Shown here: positions 27,021-41,123 of the stretch, piece by piece
Layout of the letters: each line of letters starts with the position of its first letter
How positions within the stretch are numbered: position 1 is the stretch's first letter
Assembly (NCBI GenBank): GCA_002633005.1
Contig: NMRA01000109.1
Location: 86,971 to 150,970, forward strand
DNA: 64,000 nucleotides
Direction: 5' to 3'
Origin: Phoronis australis
Lineage: Eukaryota; Animalia; Phoronida
The notes under the pieces: model-generated
Seen by the model: only the letters and a program-made list of their open reading frames with translations
What the model was told of the DNA's origin: nothing
The model's database searches: none
Made by a program: the position numbers and the translations under genes

Positions 27021-30000
27021 CTAGAAAGATTATTGTCACGGCGTGACAATAATGGACTCTGCGCGTGCGTATTAAAGGAGTTGTTATGGGAAGTTACTGA
27101 CAGCAATCCCGCTTACCAATATGCAAAGAAATTCTTTAAAATTGTAGGAGTAATTACATGTTAATGTTTTGATGACCTTTCCATTAACTGACCTCTTCCG
27201 GTGCATTATGAACCCCAGTGAGGGAATAATTGTACAACCAATTTAAAGTATAGTTAATGCTAAGAATCAAAGATGTTTTGCTTTAAGTACTTAAGAATAC
27301 AACATGAATGAATTGGTCAAACTTTCAGAAGAAATATGCACCTAATGACCCCATGGATGCACCAAATGACCCAAAAATTTAGAATTCAAACTCAATCACG
27401 TTTAGTAAACAGATATGTAATTTTGAAGTCTCTAACTCAAAATTTTAAGTTTGCACTCAATGACCTTTGACCTATTTTTTCTGATTGGTTTTGCCTATTG
27501 CGAAGTAAAGTAGGGTATTCAATTGGCATGTTGACTTACACCAGTGTGCTGAAATTGAAAAGAATTCCTTGAAAAACGTAAGAGATAAAACATTTTGAAC
27601 GTTACATGACCTTTGCCCTAATTGACCCTATCCGGTGCATTATAAGCGTCTTTAGGAGAATTATTGCAAAGGCCATCAAAATGTGTTTAATGCTGAGGAT
27701 CACAGTTGTCTAACGGTTGACATATCAGAATACTTGCTGATTGAAAAAGTCAAAATTTCAGAAGAAAAATGCACCTATTGACCCCATGTTTGCACTAAAT
27801 GACCTGAAACTTTGGATTCCAAATCGAATTACCTGTGCCAATCAGACCTGTCAATTTGAAGTGTCTAGCTCAAAACTTTAGTTTACACCTAATGACCTTT
27901 GACCTATTTCACCTGATTGGATGACCCGATTACTTAGAAAAGTAATTTTTTAAATTGTCATGTTGACTTATACCTGTGCACCGAATTTGAAAAAGATAGC
28001 TTCAAAACTGAAGGAGGAGTAGCATTTTGGAAATTATATGACCTTTGTTCCAAACGACCTCTTTCGGTGCACTATGGAATATAATTATATAACCAATCAA
28101 AAAATTTATATACTGTCAAAAGTCATATGCTGAATTTAAAGACTGTACCTGCAACCAATTTGGAGTTATTAAGCCTCAAAGCTGGTCGGAAGAAGAATAA
28201 GAAGAAGAATAAGAATTATTGTCACGGCGTGATAATAACGGACTATGCACGTGCGTATTACTGGAATTGTTATGGGATGTTACTGACAGCAACCCGTTTA
28301 CCAATATGAAAAGGAATTCTTTAAAATTGTAGGAGAAATTACATATTAATTTTTTGATGACCTTTCCACTAATTGACCTCTTCCGGTGCATTATGAGCCC
28401 CGATGAGGAAGTAATTGTTAACTCGATTAAAAGTGTGGTTAATGCTAATAATCACAGATGTTTTACTTTAAGCACTTCAGAATACAAGATGAATGAAGTG
28501 GTCAAACTTTCAGAAGAAAATGCACCTAATGACCCCATGAGTGCACCAAATGACCTGAAAATTTAGAATTCAAACTTAATCGCACTTAGTAAACAGATAC
28601 GTAATTATGAAGTCTCTAGCTTAAAATTTTAGTTTGCACTTAATGACCTTTGGCCTATTTTTTCTGATTGGTTAGGCCTATTGCAAAGTAAGGTAGGTTA
28701 TTCAATTGGCATGTTGACTTACGCCAGTGTGCTGAAATTGAAAAGAATTCTTTGAAAAACGTAACACATATAACATTTTGAACGTTTTGTGACCTTTGCA
28801 CTAATTGACCTGATCCGGTGCATTTTAAGCATCTTTAGGAGAATTATTGCAAAGCCCATGGAAAATGTGTTTAACGCTGAGAATCACAGTTGTCTAACAG
28901 TTGACACATCAGAAAACTTGTTGATTGAATAGGTCAAATTTTCAGAAGAAAAATGCACCTAATAACCCCATGTTTGCACTAAATGACCTGAAACTTTGGA
29001 TTCTGATTTGATTTACCTGTGGCAATCAGACCTGTCAATTTGAAGTGTATAGCTCAAAATTTTAGTTTGCACCTAAGGACCTTTGACCTATTTCATCTGA
29101 TTGGATGACCCGATAACTTAGAAAAGTAATTTTTCAAATTGTCATGTTGACTTATACCTGTGCACCGAATTTGAAAAAGATAGCCTTAAAACTATGACCT
29201 TTGCACCAAACGACCTTTTCCGGTGCAATGTGGAATATAATTATATAACCAATCACAATTTATGTACTGTCAAAATTCATATGCTGAATTTAAAGACCGT
29301 ACCTGCACCCAATTTGGAGTTATTAAGCCTCAAAGTTGGTCGGAAGAAGAATAAGAAGAACTAGAAAGATTATTGTCACGGCGTCTCAATAACGGACTCT
29401 GCGCGTGCGTATTACTGGAATTATTATGGGAAGTTTCTGACAGCAACCCGTTTACCAATATGAAAAGGAATTCTTTAAAATTGTAGGAGAAATTACATAT
29501 TAATTTTTTGATGACCTTTCCACTAATTGACCTCTTCCGGTGCATTATGAGCCCCGATGAGGGAGTAATTCCTAACTTGATTAAAGGTGTGGTTAGTGCT
29601 TAAAGTCACAGATGCTTTACTTTAAGCACTTCAGAATACAGCATGAATGAATTGGTCAAATTTTCAGTAGAAAAATGCCCCTAATGACCCCATGGGTGCA
29701 CCAAATGACCCAAAAATTTAGAATTCAAACTCAATCGCATTTAGTAAACAGATATGTAATTTTGAAGTCTCTAGCTCAAAATTCTAATTTTGCACTCAAT
29801 GACCTTTGACCTATTTTTTTCTGAATGGTTAGTCCTATTGCGTAGTTGTTCAATTGGGAAGTTGACTTGCAGCAGTGTGCTGAAATTGAAAAGAATTTCT
29901 TAAAAAACGTAAGAGATATAACATTTTTAACGTTACATGACCTTTGCACTAATTGACCCTATCCGATGCATTTTAAGCATCCTTAGGAGAATTTTTGGAA

Positions 30001-33000
30001 AGCCCATGGAAAGTGTGTTTAACGCTGAGAATCACAGTTGTCTAACGGTTGACACATCAAAATACTTGCTGATTGAAAAGGTCAAATTTTCAGACGAAAA
30101 ATGCACCTAATGACCCCATGTTTGCACTAAATGACCTGAAACTTTGGATTCCGATTTGATTTACCTGTGGCAATCAGACCTGTCAATTTGAAGTGTCTAG
30201 CTCAAAATTTTAGTTTGCACCTAATGACCTTTGACCTATTTCACCTGATTGGATGACCCGATTACTTAGAAAAGTAATTATTTAAATTGCCATGTTGACT
30301 TATACCTGTGCACCGAATTTAAAAAAGATAGCTTAAAAACTGAAGGAGGAGTAGCATTTTGAAAATTATATGAACTTTGCACCAAACGACCTCTTCCGAT
30401 GCAATATGGAATATGATTATATAATCAATCAAAATTTATATACTGTCAACATTCGTATGCTGAATTTGAAGACCGTACCTGCACCCAATTTGGAGTTATT
30501 AAGTCTCAAAATTGGTCGGAAGAAGAATAAGAATAAGAATAAGAATAAAATTGAAGAAAACCCAGGAACAACAGTACTCTGCGCTTACACGCGCAGAGTA
30601 ATAATAAGAATAAGAACTAGAAAGATTATTGTCACGGCGTGACAATAATGGACTCTGCGCGTGCGTTTTACTGGAATTATTATGGGAAGTTACTGACACC
30701 AACCCCTTTACCGATATGAAAATTAATTCGTTAAAAGTGTAGGAGAAATTACATGTTAATATTTTGGCGACCTTTCCACTAATTGACCTCTTCCGGTGCA
30801 TTATGAGCCAAGATGAGAGAATAATTGTAAAGTCGATTAAAAGTGTGGTTAATGCTAAAAATCACTGTTGTTTTACTTTAAGCACTTCAGAATACAAGAT
30901 GAATGACTTGGTCAAACTTTCAGAAGAAAAATGCACCTAATGACCCCATGGGTGCACCAAATGACCTGAAAATTTAGAATTCAAACTCAATCGCAGTTAG
31001 GAAAAAGATATGTAATTTTGAAGTCTCTAGCTCAAAATTTTAGTTTGCACTCAATGACCTTTGACCTATTTTTTCTGATTGGTTAGGCCTGTTGCAAAGG
31101 AAAGTATGGTATTCAATTGGCATGTTGACTTATACCAGTGAGCTGAAATTGAAAAGAATTCCTTGAAAAACATAAGAGATATAACATTTTGAACGTTACA
31201 TGGCCTTTGCACTAATTGACCCTATCCGGTGCATTATAAGCGTCTTAAGGAGAATTACTGCAAAGCCCATGAAAAAAGGAGGTTAACGCTGAGAATCACA
31301 GTTGTCTAACGGTTGACACATCAGAATACTCGTTGATTGAAAAGGTCAAATTTTCAGAAGAAAAATGCACCTAATGACCCCATGTTTGCACTAAATGACC
31401 TGAAACTTTAGATTCCGATTTTATTTACCTGTGGCAATCAGACCTGTCAATTTGAAGTGTCTAGCTCAAAATCTTAGTTTGCACCTATTTACCTTTGACC
31501 TATTTCACCTGATTGGATGACCCGATTTCATAGAAAAGTAATTTTTTAAATTGCCATGTTGACTTATACCTGTGCACCGAATTTGAAAAAGATAGCTTTA
31601 AAACTAAAGGAGGAGTAGCATTTTGAAAATTATATGACCTTTGCACCAAACGACCTCTTCCGGTGCAATATAGAATATCATTATATAACCAATCAAGATT
31701 TATATACTGTCAAAAGTCATATGCTGAATTTAAAGACCGTACCTGCACCCAATTTGGAGTTATTAAGCATCAATTTGGTCGGAAGAAGAATAAGAATAAG
31801 AATAAGAACTAGAAGGATTATTGTCACGGCGTGACAATAATGGACTCTGCGCGTGCGTATTACTGGAATTGTTATGGGAAGTTACTGACACCAACCCCTT
31901 TACCAATATGAAAATTAATTCGTTAACATTGTAGGAGAGATTACATGTTAATATTTAGGTGACCTTTCCACTAATTGACCTCTTCCGGTGCATTGTGGGC
32001 CAAGATGAGAGAATAATTGTAAACTCGATTTAAAGTTTGGTTAATGCAAAAAATCACAGATGTTTTACTTTAAGCACTTCAGAATACAAGATGAATGAAT
32101 TGGTCAAACTTTCAGAACAAAAATGCACCTAATGACTCCATGGTTGCACCAAATGACCTGAAAATTTAGAATTCAAACTCAATCGCACTTAGTAAACAGA
32201 TACGTAATTCTGAAGTCTCTAGCTCAAAATTTTAGTTTGCACTCAATGACCTTTGACGTATTTTTTCTGATTGGTTAGACTTATTGTAAAGTAAAGTATT
32301 CAATTGGCATGTTGACTTACACCAGTGTGCTGAAGTTGAAAAGAATTCCTTGAAAAACGTAAGAGATATAACATTTTGAACGTTACATGACCTTTGCACT
32401 AATTGACCTTATCCGGTGCATTTAACCATCTTTAGGAGAATTATTGCAAAGCCCATGGAAAATGTGTTTAACGCTGAGAATCACAGTTGTCTAACAGTTG
32501 ACACATCAGAATACTTGCTGATTGAAAAGGTCAAATTTTCAGAAGATAAATGCACCTAATGACCCCATGTTTGTACTAAATAACCTGAAACTTTGGATTC
32601 GATTTGGTTTACCAGTGGCAATCAGACCTGTCAATTTGAAGTGTCTAGCTCAGAATTTTAGTTTCCACTTAATGACCTTTGACCTATTTCCCCTGATTGG
32701 ATGACCCGATTACTTAGAAAAGTAATTTTTTAAATTGCCATCTTGACTGATACCTGTGCACCGAATTTGAAAAAGATAGCTTTAAAACTGAGGGAGGAGT
32801 AGCATTTTGAAAATTATGTGACCTTTGCACTAAACGACCTCTTCCGGTGCAATATGGAATATGACTATTTTACCAATCAAAATTTATATACTGTCAAAAG
32901 TCATATGCTGAATTTAAAGACCGTACCTGCACCCAATTTGGAGTTATTAAGCCTCAAAGTTGGTCGGAAGAAGAATAAGAAGAATAAGAATAAGAAGAAT

Positions 33001-33250
33001 AAGAATAAGAATAAGAATAAAACTGAAGAAAACCCAGTAACAACAGTACTCTGCGCTTACACGCGCAGAGTAATAAGAATAAAATTGAAGAAAACCCAGG
33101 AACAACAGGACTCTGCGCTTACACGCGCAGAGTAATAAAATTGAAGAAAACCCAGGAACAACAGTACTCTGCGCTTTCACGCGCAGAGTAATAAAATTGA
33201 AGAAAACCCAGGAACAACAGTACTCTGCGCTTACACGCGCAGAGTAATAA
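27021..33250 (-). mobile_element. Head-to-tail array of five ~1.2-kb non-autonomous Helitron2/Helentron-like elements
   Basis: Unit starts at about 27021, 28215, 29361, 30617 and 31809. On the minus strand the 3' end is hairpin ATTATTGTCAC-GCC-GTGACAATAAT then CTTTCTAG. The 5' end is hairpin TACTCTGCGC..GCGCAGAGTA, sharing an asymmetric IR (ACTCTGCGCGTG). Units also carry an AAGAAT microsatellite and ~430-bp internal subrepeats. Confidence 0.8.
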
Positions 33251-33546
33251 CAAAACCTTCCAGTTTGGATGCTGGTGTTTATATTTTAGTTGTTACATCA
33301 CGTAACCTAAATATTCCGCCATCATTGGGTATTCTATCTTTACATTTTATATAATGATGTAATTTGTTCTATGAGTCCGTTAGCACAATGCAAATTTCTT
33401 TGAAGGACTTTTAGACGTTACTCTTTCCATAAAGGAACCGTAAATTATCTTCTTCACTCTTCAGTTACATGTATCTTGCTGTATGTACCATATGTAACAC
33501 AAATCAAAGACAAACTTTCGATCATAACCTATTTATCTTTCCACAG

Positions 33547-33738
33547 GGCCTAGAGTTAAAATGACAACATTTGGCGAATGGTCGGCGTGGTCTTCTTGCG
33601 ATCCAAAGACGAGAGTGAAAACGCAAACCCGGACCTGCAACCAAGGAACTTTTCGCCCCTCATCTGACATTCCGTGTCAATTGAACGAATTTCTCCTTAA
33701 CAGATCTATAAGTTGTGCCGATGAAAGGCCCTCTAAAG
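33547..33738 (+). CDS. Internal coding exon, thrombospondin type-1 (TSP1)-like repeat
   Basis: Polypyrimidine-CCACAG acceptor and GTAAGG donor. 192 bp, phase 1-1, no stops. FGEWSAWSSCD....TQTRTC...C...C fits the WxxWxxC..RxC signature. Confidence 0.85.
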
Positions 33739-34226
33739 GTAAGGCTGAGTGATGATATTTGGCCTGTACGACTGTTCCTATGTCTCTATATTCCCTGCTC
33801 CTATGTTGCCTTTGCCTCAATGTTCTTCCGGCAGAATGTTCCACCTTCCAGATGTTGCCCCTGCAATATGCTGCGCGCGCCAGTCTTAACCTGGAATATT
33901 CATATTTCAATTATATCGGGATTCAATTTGTGTTGTTTACCAAATATATTGTGAATGTAAGTGGGAGATTATATGACTAAAAACCCGTGAAGATTACGGC
34001 CAATCATAAAATATGTAACACATGAAGTGTTTTTTTTCCGTAGTCATTTCGGCGGAGAACGTAAAGTAATGACTGTAGTTTTCCCGATTCACCCTAACGT
34101 CATCAACTTTTAAGAGCAATTCCATATAAAAACCAGATGGTAGGCTATACATGCAAAATCACCATTTTTTGAAAATTAGGCACATCAGCTGGCCTTGTCA
34201 AAAGAAACCTGAATCTGATTTCTTAA

Positions 34227-37200
34227 GAGCACGTCCACGAATGGACCTGGCAAAAAGTGATAAAGGCTATGTCACGGATTTCCTCGATAGTTTGCATGAT
34301 GGTAGGGGTTGATGCCCCAACTTTCATACCAACATTAATTTTTTTTGCGTGCGCCACCTTGTGGTTGCTATGGGAACGTGTTGTTTTTCTGCCAATTCCA
34401 AGCCTCGTTACAGCTACATTTTGGCACTATTTGCGAACTTACCTTGAGAACAATAGTGCAAAATGAAACACTTCAAGTTTATCATTGAATTGGGGTGTCT
34501 TTCAACTTGCCAGTCATAGAAAATGTCACGGTTTCAGTTACATCTTAGCCGTTTTTGAAGGCTACCAGTTTAGCTAGTTTGCGGTGATTCCAAAATGTTG
34601 AAAATTGCCCTACTTCCTGCCTCAATATCTCAGCTGAAGCCAAATTTAAAACAACAAAACTACAACCAGTGTTTAGATTGATCTTAGCTCTATAAAATAA
34701 AATCATAAAAAGTCTAGGCAATCACCCTTCTTCATACCGCATCGGGCTCTAGAAGTAGGGCACCTCACCAAAATTGTGCAACTGGCCAATGTCTGCATAG
34801 TAACAAATGCATGCGAGGATTCAAAATACAGTTTTGAAATCTTAAAATAGGCGATCGAACATATCAAGAGAGCTTCAATTTACAAAAAAGAATGAGAAGC
34901 ACAACAAGGCACATTGGTTTCCTTTGACCCTAACGATAACGATGCCAATAGCATGAGCATATAGTCACCGTTTCAAAATGCATTGTGGTTGAGTAAAAAA
35001 TCTATTAAGTAAGTCCAGTTATACATAACTGCGAACTCGAATTCTGAAATTCTAATGTGTGGGTCTGATTGAAATTTAGTTTTCTAATGTTCTCGAAGTC
35101 GGTTGATCGTGTCCCGACGCATCTCAATTCAACGAATTTTATAAAAAAACAATAATAGGTGTATTGGGTAGGAAGGTGACAACTGCATCTCCATACAGTG
35201 TATATCACTAAACCCGAACAAATCAGACAGCAAAGTAGTTAGTCATAAAAAAGAGATATATTGAAATGGTATGGGATAGATGCTGTAAAATGAGGTTAGA
35301 AAAACTGATCTTATAAGGATAGTCGACTACCGGGGAAATTGGCGTTGTTGAATAACTTTTCTTACGAACGGCACACGCCCAGATGTGCATATGGATGTCT
35401 GAATATTCTCGCACTATGGATACCAATGTTTTTTAGCTTTCAAAGACAACGCATAGAATGATGTATTTGCGGAAGGTTCGTAGACATTTTCAAAAAAAAA
35501 CACAGGAAACCGAGTATTTCAAACGCAAGATAGCAGAAAAATCAGTTCAGATATTTTTTACATCTATCATAGTTTCAATGGGGGTTTCCGGGAGAGGGCC
35601 AAAGGGGCCATGCCCCCCTAAAATTCTCCCAGATACCATTTGTCAGTTCGGGGTGCGAATTGCTGAGTAGCATATGCGCGCACCCAGGGGGCTCCGGGGG
35701 CGAATGCACAATGCATTGGCCTTGAACAAACCCTGTTTACCAGATTTTTTTAGTAATAAGGTCCACAAACCCAAAAATTCGAGACCCCTGCATCCCTACA
35801 TTTTAGGGTGGGCGCGCGGATGTGGCGAAATTCTGTACCCTGCCCCTCAACTCAAAATCCTGGATCCGCCCGAGTTTAGTATGGGTATGCAATGGTGTTT
35901 GGAACTTACCATCAGACTCCAAAAATTCAAAAGTCTCGAGACTAATACATGTAGTGTCAGCTACTTCATTGAAAAATCATAAGACAAAGCACGTGCAGCA
36001 AAACGAAAATAAAATAAACAAAGTTAACATTCCGACTGCATTAAGGTGAACTTGGGTAATCCTGCAAAGAGATTTTGGAACAAAGTTGGGCAATATTTTA
36101 AAACTGTCCTGATTTAACTTATTGTTGATTATGTTAGACATAGAGATGCAGCAGTACTGTACTTATTTAGCAAAACGATAAGATAGCCAAACATTAAACA
36201 AAAACCAAAGTACTTTAGAGAATAATAATACTCTATTGAGGCTGATATTGGACACAGGCAAATTACATGCCATAAATCAAGTAAATAGAAAAGAACAAAT
36301 GTGGGCACATTTACAAAATGCGAGCAAATTAGGTGCACAATGAGACACCTTTAGTCAGCACAGATGACACGTCACAAAATGGAAATAGCATTTTGTCTGA
36401 CTACTGCGGCAATTCCATTGACTCGACAATCTTTTGCCACAGTTCAAATCGATGGTCTTCCTCAGCAATTCTTTTCATTCCAAAGGCATCAAACTGTGCG
36501 AGCTTCCCAGAATGATTGAGTGCTGCTAAATGGGAAAATATTTAATCTGCTGAGGTGAGAGACATTCTTCAAAACATCACTATGAGCAGGAGCAATACAT
36601 TCATGGGTTACAGATAATGCTTTGCTGGCTTTTTGTTTGTAATATCGCTAGAACCTTTCAGCAAATTCATCGATGTCAGTTAGAAGCTGGGTCCTAACAG
36701 GGTTGACTCTTCCATCCGACGCAGCAGTGAGAAACTGATTCGACTTATGGATCTTTGGCAAACGCGTGGGCAGTCAGAATGATGGTTGGTCCCCCTCGTT
36801 TCCACTTGAAAACTTTGCCTGTAAATATTACAATTATATGCAACTTAATCCGTAAACACAAGAATTATATTTTCCATAAATAGCCTTTCCCCAAAGTATT
36901 TATTTTCACCATTCAAAATAGCTTGGAAAGATGGCCACTCAGATATGCATGCAACCCTCATTGTGTGCAAGCAGCACTCAAAACAAAAGGTGTCCTCAAT
37001 TAATCAAAATGTAAGTTCACTACTAAAACCTGGAAAACCATCAATTTTGATATATAGCATTGCCACGGCTTCGAAATGCCATAAAGTTAAGACAAGATCC
37101 AACACTCTTCAGGCCACGATGCTGATTGAGAAAATTTTATGTTTTAGTACATGATTTTCAGGCTAAAAGGAATACAATTGCATCTTCAATATTTTTAGCT

Positions 37201-39875
37201 AATGCACCTATCAAAATTTGCCTCAGTGGTCACTAAAACAACCCGGAGCAACTATAAAAATCCTGTTATGACCTATTTGGAGTACCTTAGCTTTCATTAC
37301 AAGCAGTCTTCCCTCTCAGGGGAATTTTCAAATGTTGACAGTTGTGGTGAAATAACTGGCACAGAACTAAGCAGATTTTGCACTTATGAACATAGCTCCT
37401 CAAATAAACATTGTTCAAAGTCTGTTAACGCTATCCATTGACTCACAAGCTCTGGCCCAAACTCGCAAAACATAACTTGTGCACCCAAAAATCGCAGTAC
37501 CTGGAGCCAAATCCATTTTGTCTGAGAAACATGGTTGACAAGACAGTAAATACAGCATACATGCAAAGTGTTTTGTCTGCAAATACAAGGACAGTGTTAC
37601 AGTCCATCAGTAATGTTTCCTAGCACATGAGTTAGTGAGACCGTCAACAGTTTTTGAGTCAATGCGCAGTTTACAAGTGTACCAGCCCTGTTTATATTTG
37701 AGGCAATTTGCAAACCCTGTAGTTACATACTCCTACTTGTGCAGTAAAACTTCCGAGACGCAAAATTCGCTGAATGCACGGCATTTTTATTTTTGTCTAC
37801 GAGGTTTATAAGCAACCACAATACAACTGAAATAAAAAATCTACTACAACTACTGTTTTGCGATCATTAAATGTTGATGCACTTAATCCGGGAACCAAGA
37901 ATCTCAGAAAAAGGTTTGATGCAACAACACTCCAATTAATTAACTAACTACTTACTAGTATACTTTCAGTAGTAAGCTCAACAACAGTGGCTAACTTCTT
38001 TGGTAAACGCTTACAATTTCTGCATAGACCTGCAATAGAATTTTATGGGAAGTAGGCATAACAGAACTGTATTTTGAATCCCCAAATGTTTTCCCCAGTC
38101 TTAATCTTGAGGTTGAATGATTCAGGTATTAGGGACCTTAACGATGTTAAAACTTTAGCCATGTTAATTAAATTAGGCCCCATTGCAATGGGGTTCTACT
38201 GCATTTTGGAAAATTATGTATCTCTGGTTATACAGATGGAGCAGTGTGACCAATGAGATGTGACTACAGGTGAATTAGATGAGAAGTTGGTGTCAGCTAG
38301 GAGACAAAGGCTCGATTAAATCTTTTGATAATGGACACCAAATTTCCACTTCTTACACATGAGGATTTATAAAATGGAATGTATTTCGACAAACCCTAAA
38401 TATTGAGATAAAGTGAATATTTTACTAATACAAGTCAGTACTGGAAGAAGTTGCTAAAATTAATCTAGTACTCGAGTGTCGCTTTACTCTAGGAACCAAT
38501 ATGATCATATTGGTTCTTAGCTTTCCTTCATGTAGGGTTGTGCCCTTCATGGCGACTACAGTCAGAATCTAGTTGAGAAAGCAAATATAATAAAGTCGTT
38601 ATCAACAGGTATAGAGTATTGATGACCTGCAGCTGCCTAACAACTTACCTGGCCCAACTGGAATCGATACATTCTGTTCTTCCAGAAATTCTTTGTTGAC
38701 TGTATTTCCACTTACATTCCAAACTCTAGCTTGGCCTTGGGCTTTGCCTTAGAGCCTTTCTGATGTTGAAGGTGGGCACATATCTTACTTTTACTTAGCC
38801 TCCATCTGATTCCATGCTGAGATCGACGATTTCCACAAACTGGGGGGTGGGGGCAAACTGTTGTAAACAAGCCCACTCTGACCCTGGCAAGAATCAGCTG
38901 CCACTTTCAGTTTCAGCACTGTCACTGAACGGGACTGGGTCGGTGACAAACATATTTCAAATGGCTTGCTATGGACTTGCTGCAATCAGCCAGTGCTTCA
39001 ATTGCTTGCTGCATGGTTTCGATATTCCTTTGAAGCTCCATAAACCAGATTTGAAGGATTATGCCAACGAACACACTGTATATTAACTACTTCCACCACC
39101 TCATCAGCCATTTTTTCTTCATTGATATCAGAGACACCTGAAGGGCTCTTCATCAAAATGGTAATTCACAGTAAAAAAAATAAAAAAATACTAATTTTAT
39201 TGAATTTTATTTGCTAAGAAATAAGCCCAATAATTTAACAACCATTTGAGCACTTTTAAATCTCAAAACTCAACATTTTCGATGACTAGTAGCTATTGTC
39301 ATAAGTGCTCACTTTGGCTGAGGTGGCTGCGAACAATTGCTCATTACTATATGAAGACATGTGTTTGCCGGTGGTTTTGATGCCAAATATCTATTCTACT
39401 AAGATAGATCAAACCCACAATTAAGTTTCAAAGTGTAAAATTTGGCTTCAGCTGAGATTGACTCGTTCAAACCTGGGCAAGTTATCCATGTTTTCTGCTT
39501 GTATGACCCCATGACACTTCAAACCCGAAATGTGGAATTTAAGGTGCAACTTGACACTTTTATTTTTCATTTTTACAAAGACAATGGATGACTTTATACG
39601 AAACAGTAGCTATTTCATTTTCTAGTAGCTTCTGTAATTACTTACAATGTCACAAAAACTGTGATTATTGGGGTAAGTTCTTATAGTGGTTTTCAGTGAA
39701 AACTGAAGTACCCGACTTTTAAGCTACCTAACGCGATAGAATTTATTTAAAGTGCATTTTAGTAATAACACTAACACTAACAAAGTAAACAAAAATGCAT
39801 AATATGATCCAAATCCGTCACATAGGGTTTATCACCCCTGTATGGATTTTGCCTGGTCTGAAGTGTACTGCACTC
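34227..39875. mobile_element. Second Sola3-like element nested at a TTAA inside copy A
   Basis: TTAA at 34223-34226 and 39876-39879, GAG...CTC termini. Imperfect long TIRs (GTGATAAA..CTATGT.ACGGATTT; CTCAGCTGAAGCCAAATTT near 34630 and its reverse complement near 39440). Copy B has a single uninterrupted TTAA at the equivalent site. Confidence 0.85.
35577..35872 (+). repeat. GC-rich short interspersed MITE-like repeat; second copy at ~62011-62158
   Basis: Both copies share GGGGCCATG..CCCCTAAAATTCTCCCAGAT..GGGGTGCGAAT and CTCAAAATCCTGGATCC. Confidence 0.65.
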
Positions 39876-41123
39876 TTAAGCGTTTCTGAGTTTTTTTAGC
39901 CCTTTTATGACCACTTTTTCTGAAAAATAGCAAATAAAAGTACTGGGAAGTAGGTGACTTTTTGTCAGCAACAACACATCATCGCTTCACGCTATTGAAA
40001 ACATAACTATATAGCAGAAAGAAGAAAGAATAACATACAACAAAAATTAGTTCGGATGGATTTATTAATTTTTTATGTCCTACAAAACTGTCATTTTCAC
40101 TGCTTATTATTAAGGCCATTTTTACGCATTTTTATCGCTATCCCAAATCTATATCGGATTCATTTGGAACATGAATTAACTTTCATCTGTTACTGTTGAC
40201 TTTGTTCAGCCCAACGCAAGAACAAATAATCTTGTCTCTTTCATAGTTTTTGTGCAGTCAGTTTTTTACATAACTCACTTACACACTTTTCTGCCAATCT
40301 GTTATTGTCAGTTAGATTAAAAGACTCTAGGAGGTGCTGCACGATTGTGCAATTATCTATCGACCAAGGTGCCAAATAGAGCAAATATCATTCGCTTTGC
40401 TACATCAGTGACGAAGGAGATCGTGGGAAGCTGTATGAGAGATTTTTTCTTCGCGGATTTTCAGTTTTGCTGCTTCAAAAATAAAATCTATTATAGGTTA
40501 AGAGAACTCAAAATAGTCAACTTTAATGCACTGATGAGTTAAAAATACAACCCCCATCATAATCTCATACTTCAGAGAAGCAGGTTTTATTTGTATTAAG
40601 GGTGCCCATTTCAACTTGCTTGGTCAGTTTTTGAAAACCGTTATGGACTAAGAATCCCACGCACTGCCTGCAGACCTCCTGGACAAGTCCCTGTATATGC
40701 GCTTGAAAAAGTCCTCTCAAACTATTAGCAAAGTATATACTAAAACTAATCAAGATCTTCGAGATCACAAGTGAAAAGAGGACGGTGGATCCGAGCAGAA
40801 GTGTCGTGTTATTGGACATACAAAGGGTGTCACGCAATGCTATACAAAAGCGGCCGAGCATGGTGGCAGTGCGCCAATGGAATTTTCAAATTCAGAAAAA
40901 TAACAGGTATGGATATTTACCATTGAAAACATAATACTTTCAATGATATCCAAGTTACCGGATTTCCAAACCAGTATTTAAACAATTGGGTGTTGTTGCG
41001 ACTTACCAACTAAAAGTTTCACAATATGTAAATTCCGTTCATGATGCGGACTCGAAACCACAGTTTTTTGAAGGTATCCTAAGTTTGGTGTATGATGCAT
41101 TTCAACACAACACTTCAAAAAAA

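Noticed and set aside
28127-33180. Recurring short ORFs (MLNLKTVPA..., MHRKRSISG...)
   Set aside because: By-products of the non-coding tandem unit. Frames are not preserved between units.
33020-33250. CRISPR-like array of palindromic repeats
   Set aside because: Units are near-identical end to end with no unique spacers. No cas genes, and the context is eukaryotic.
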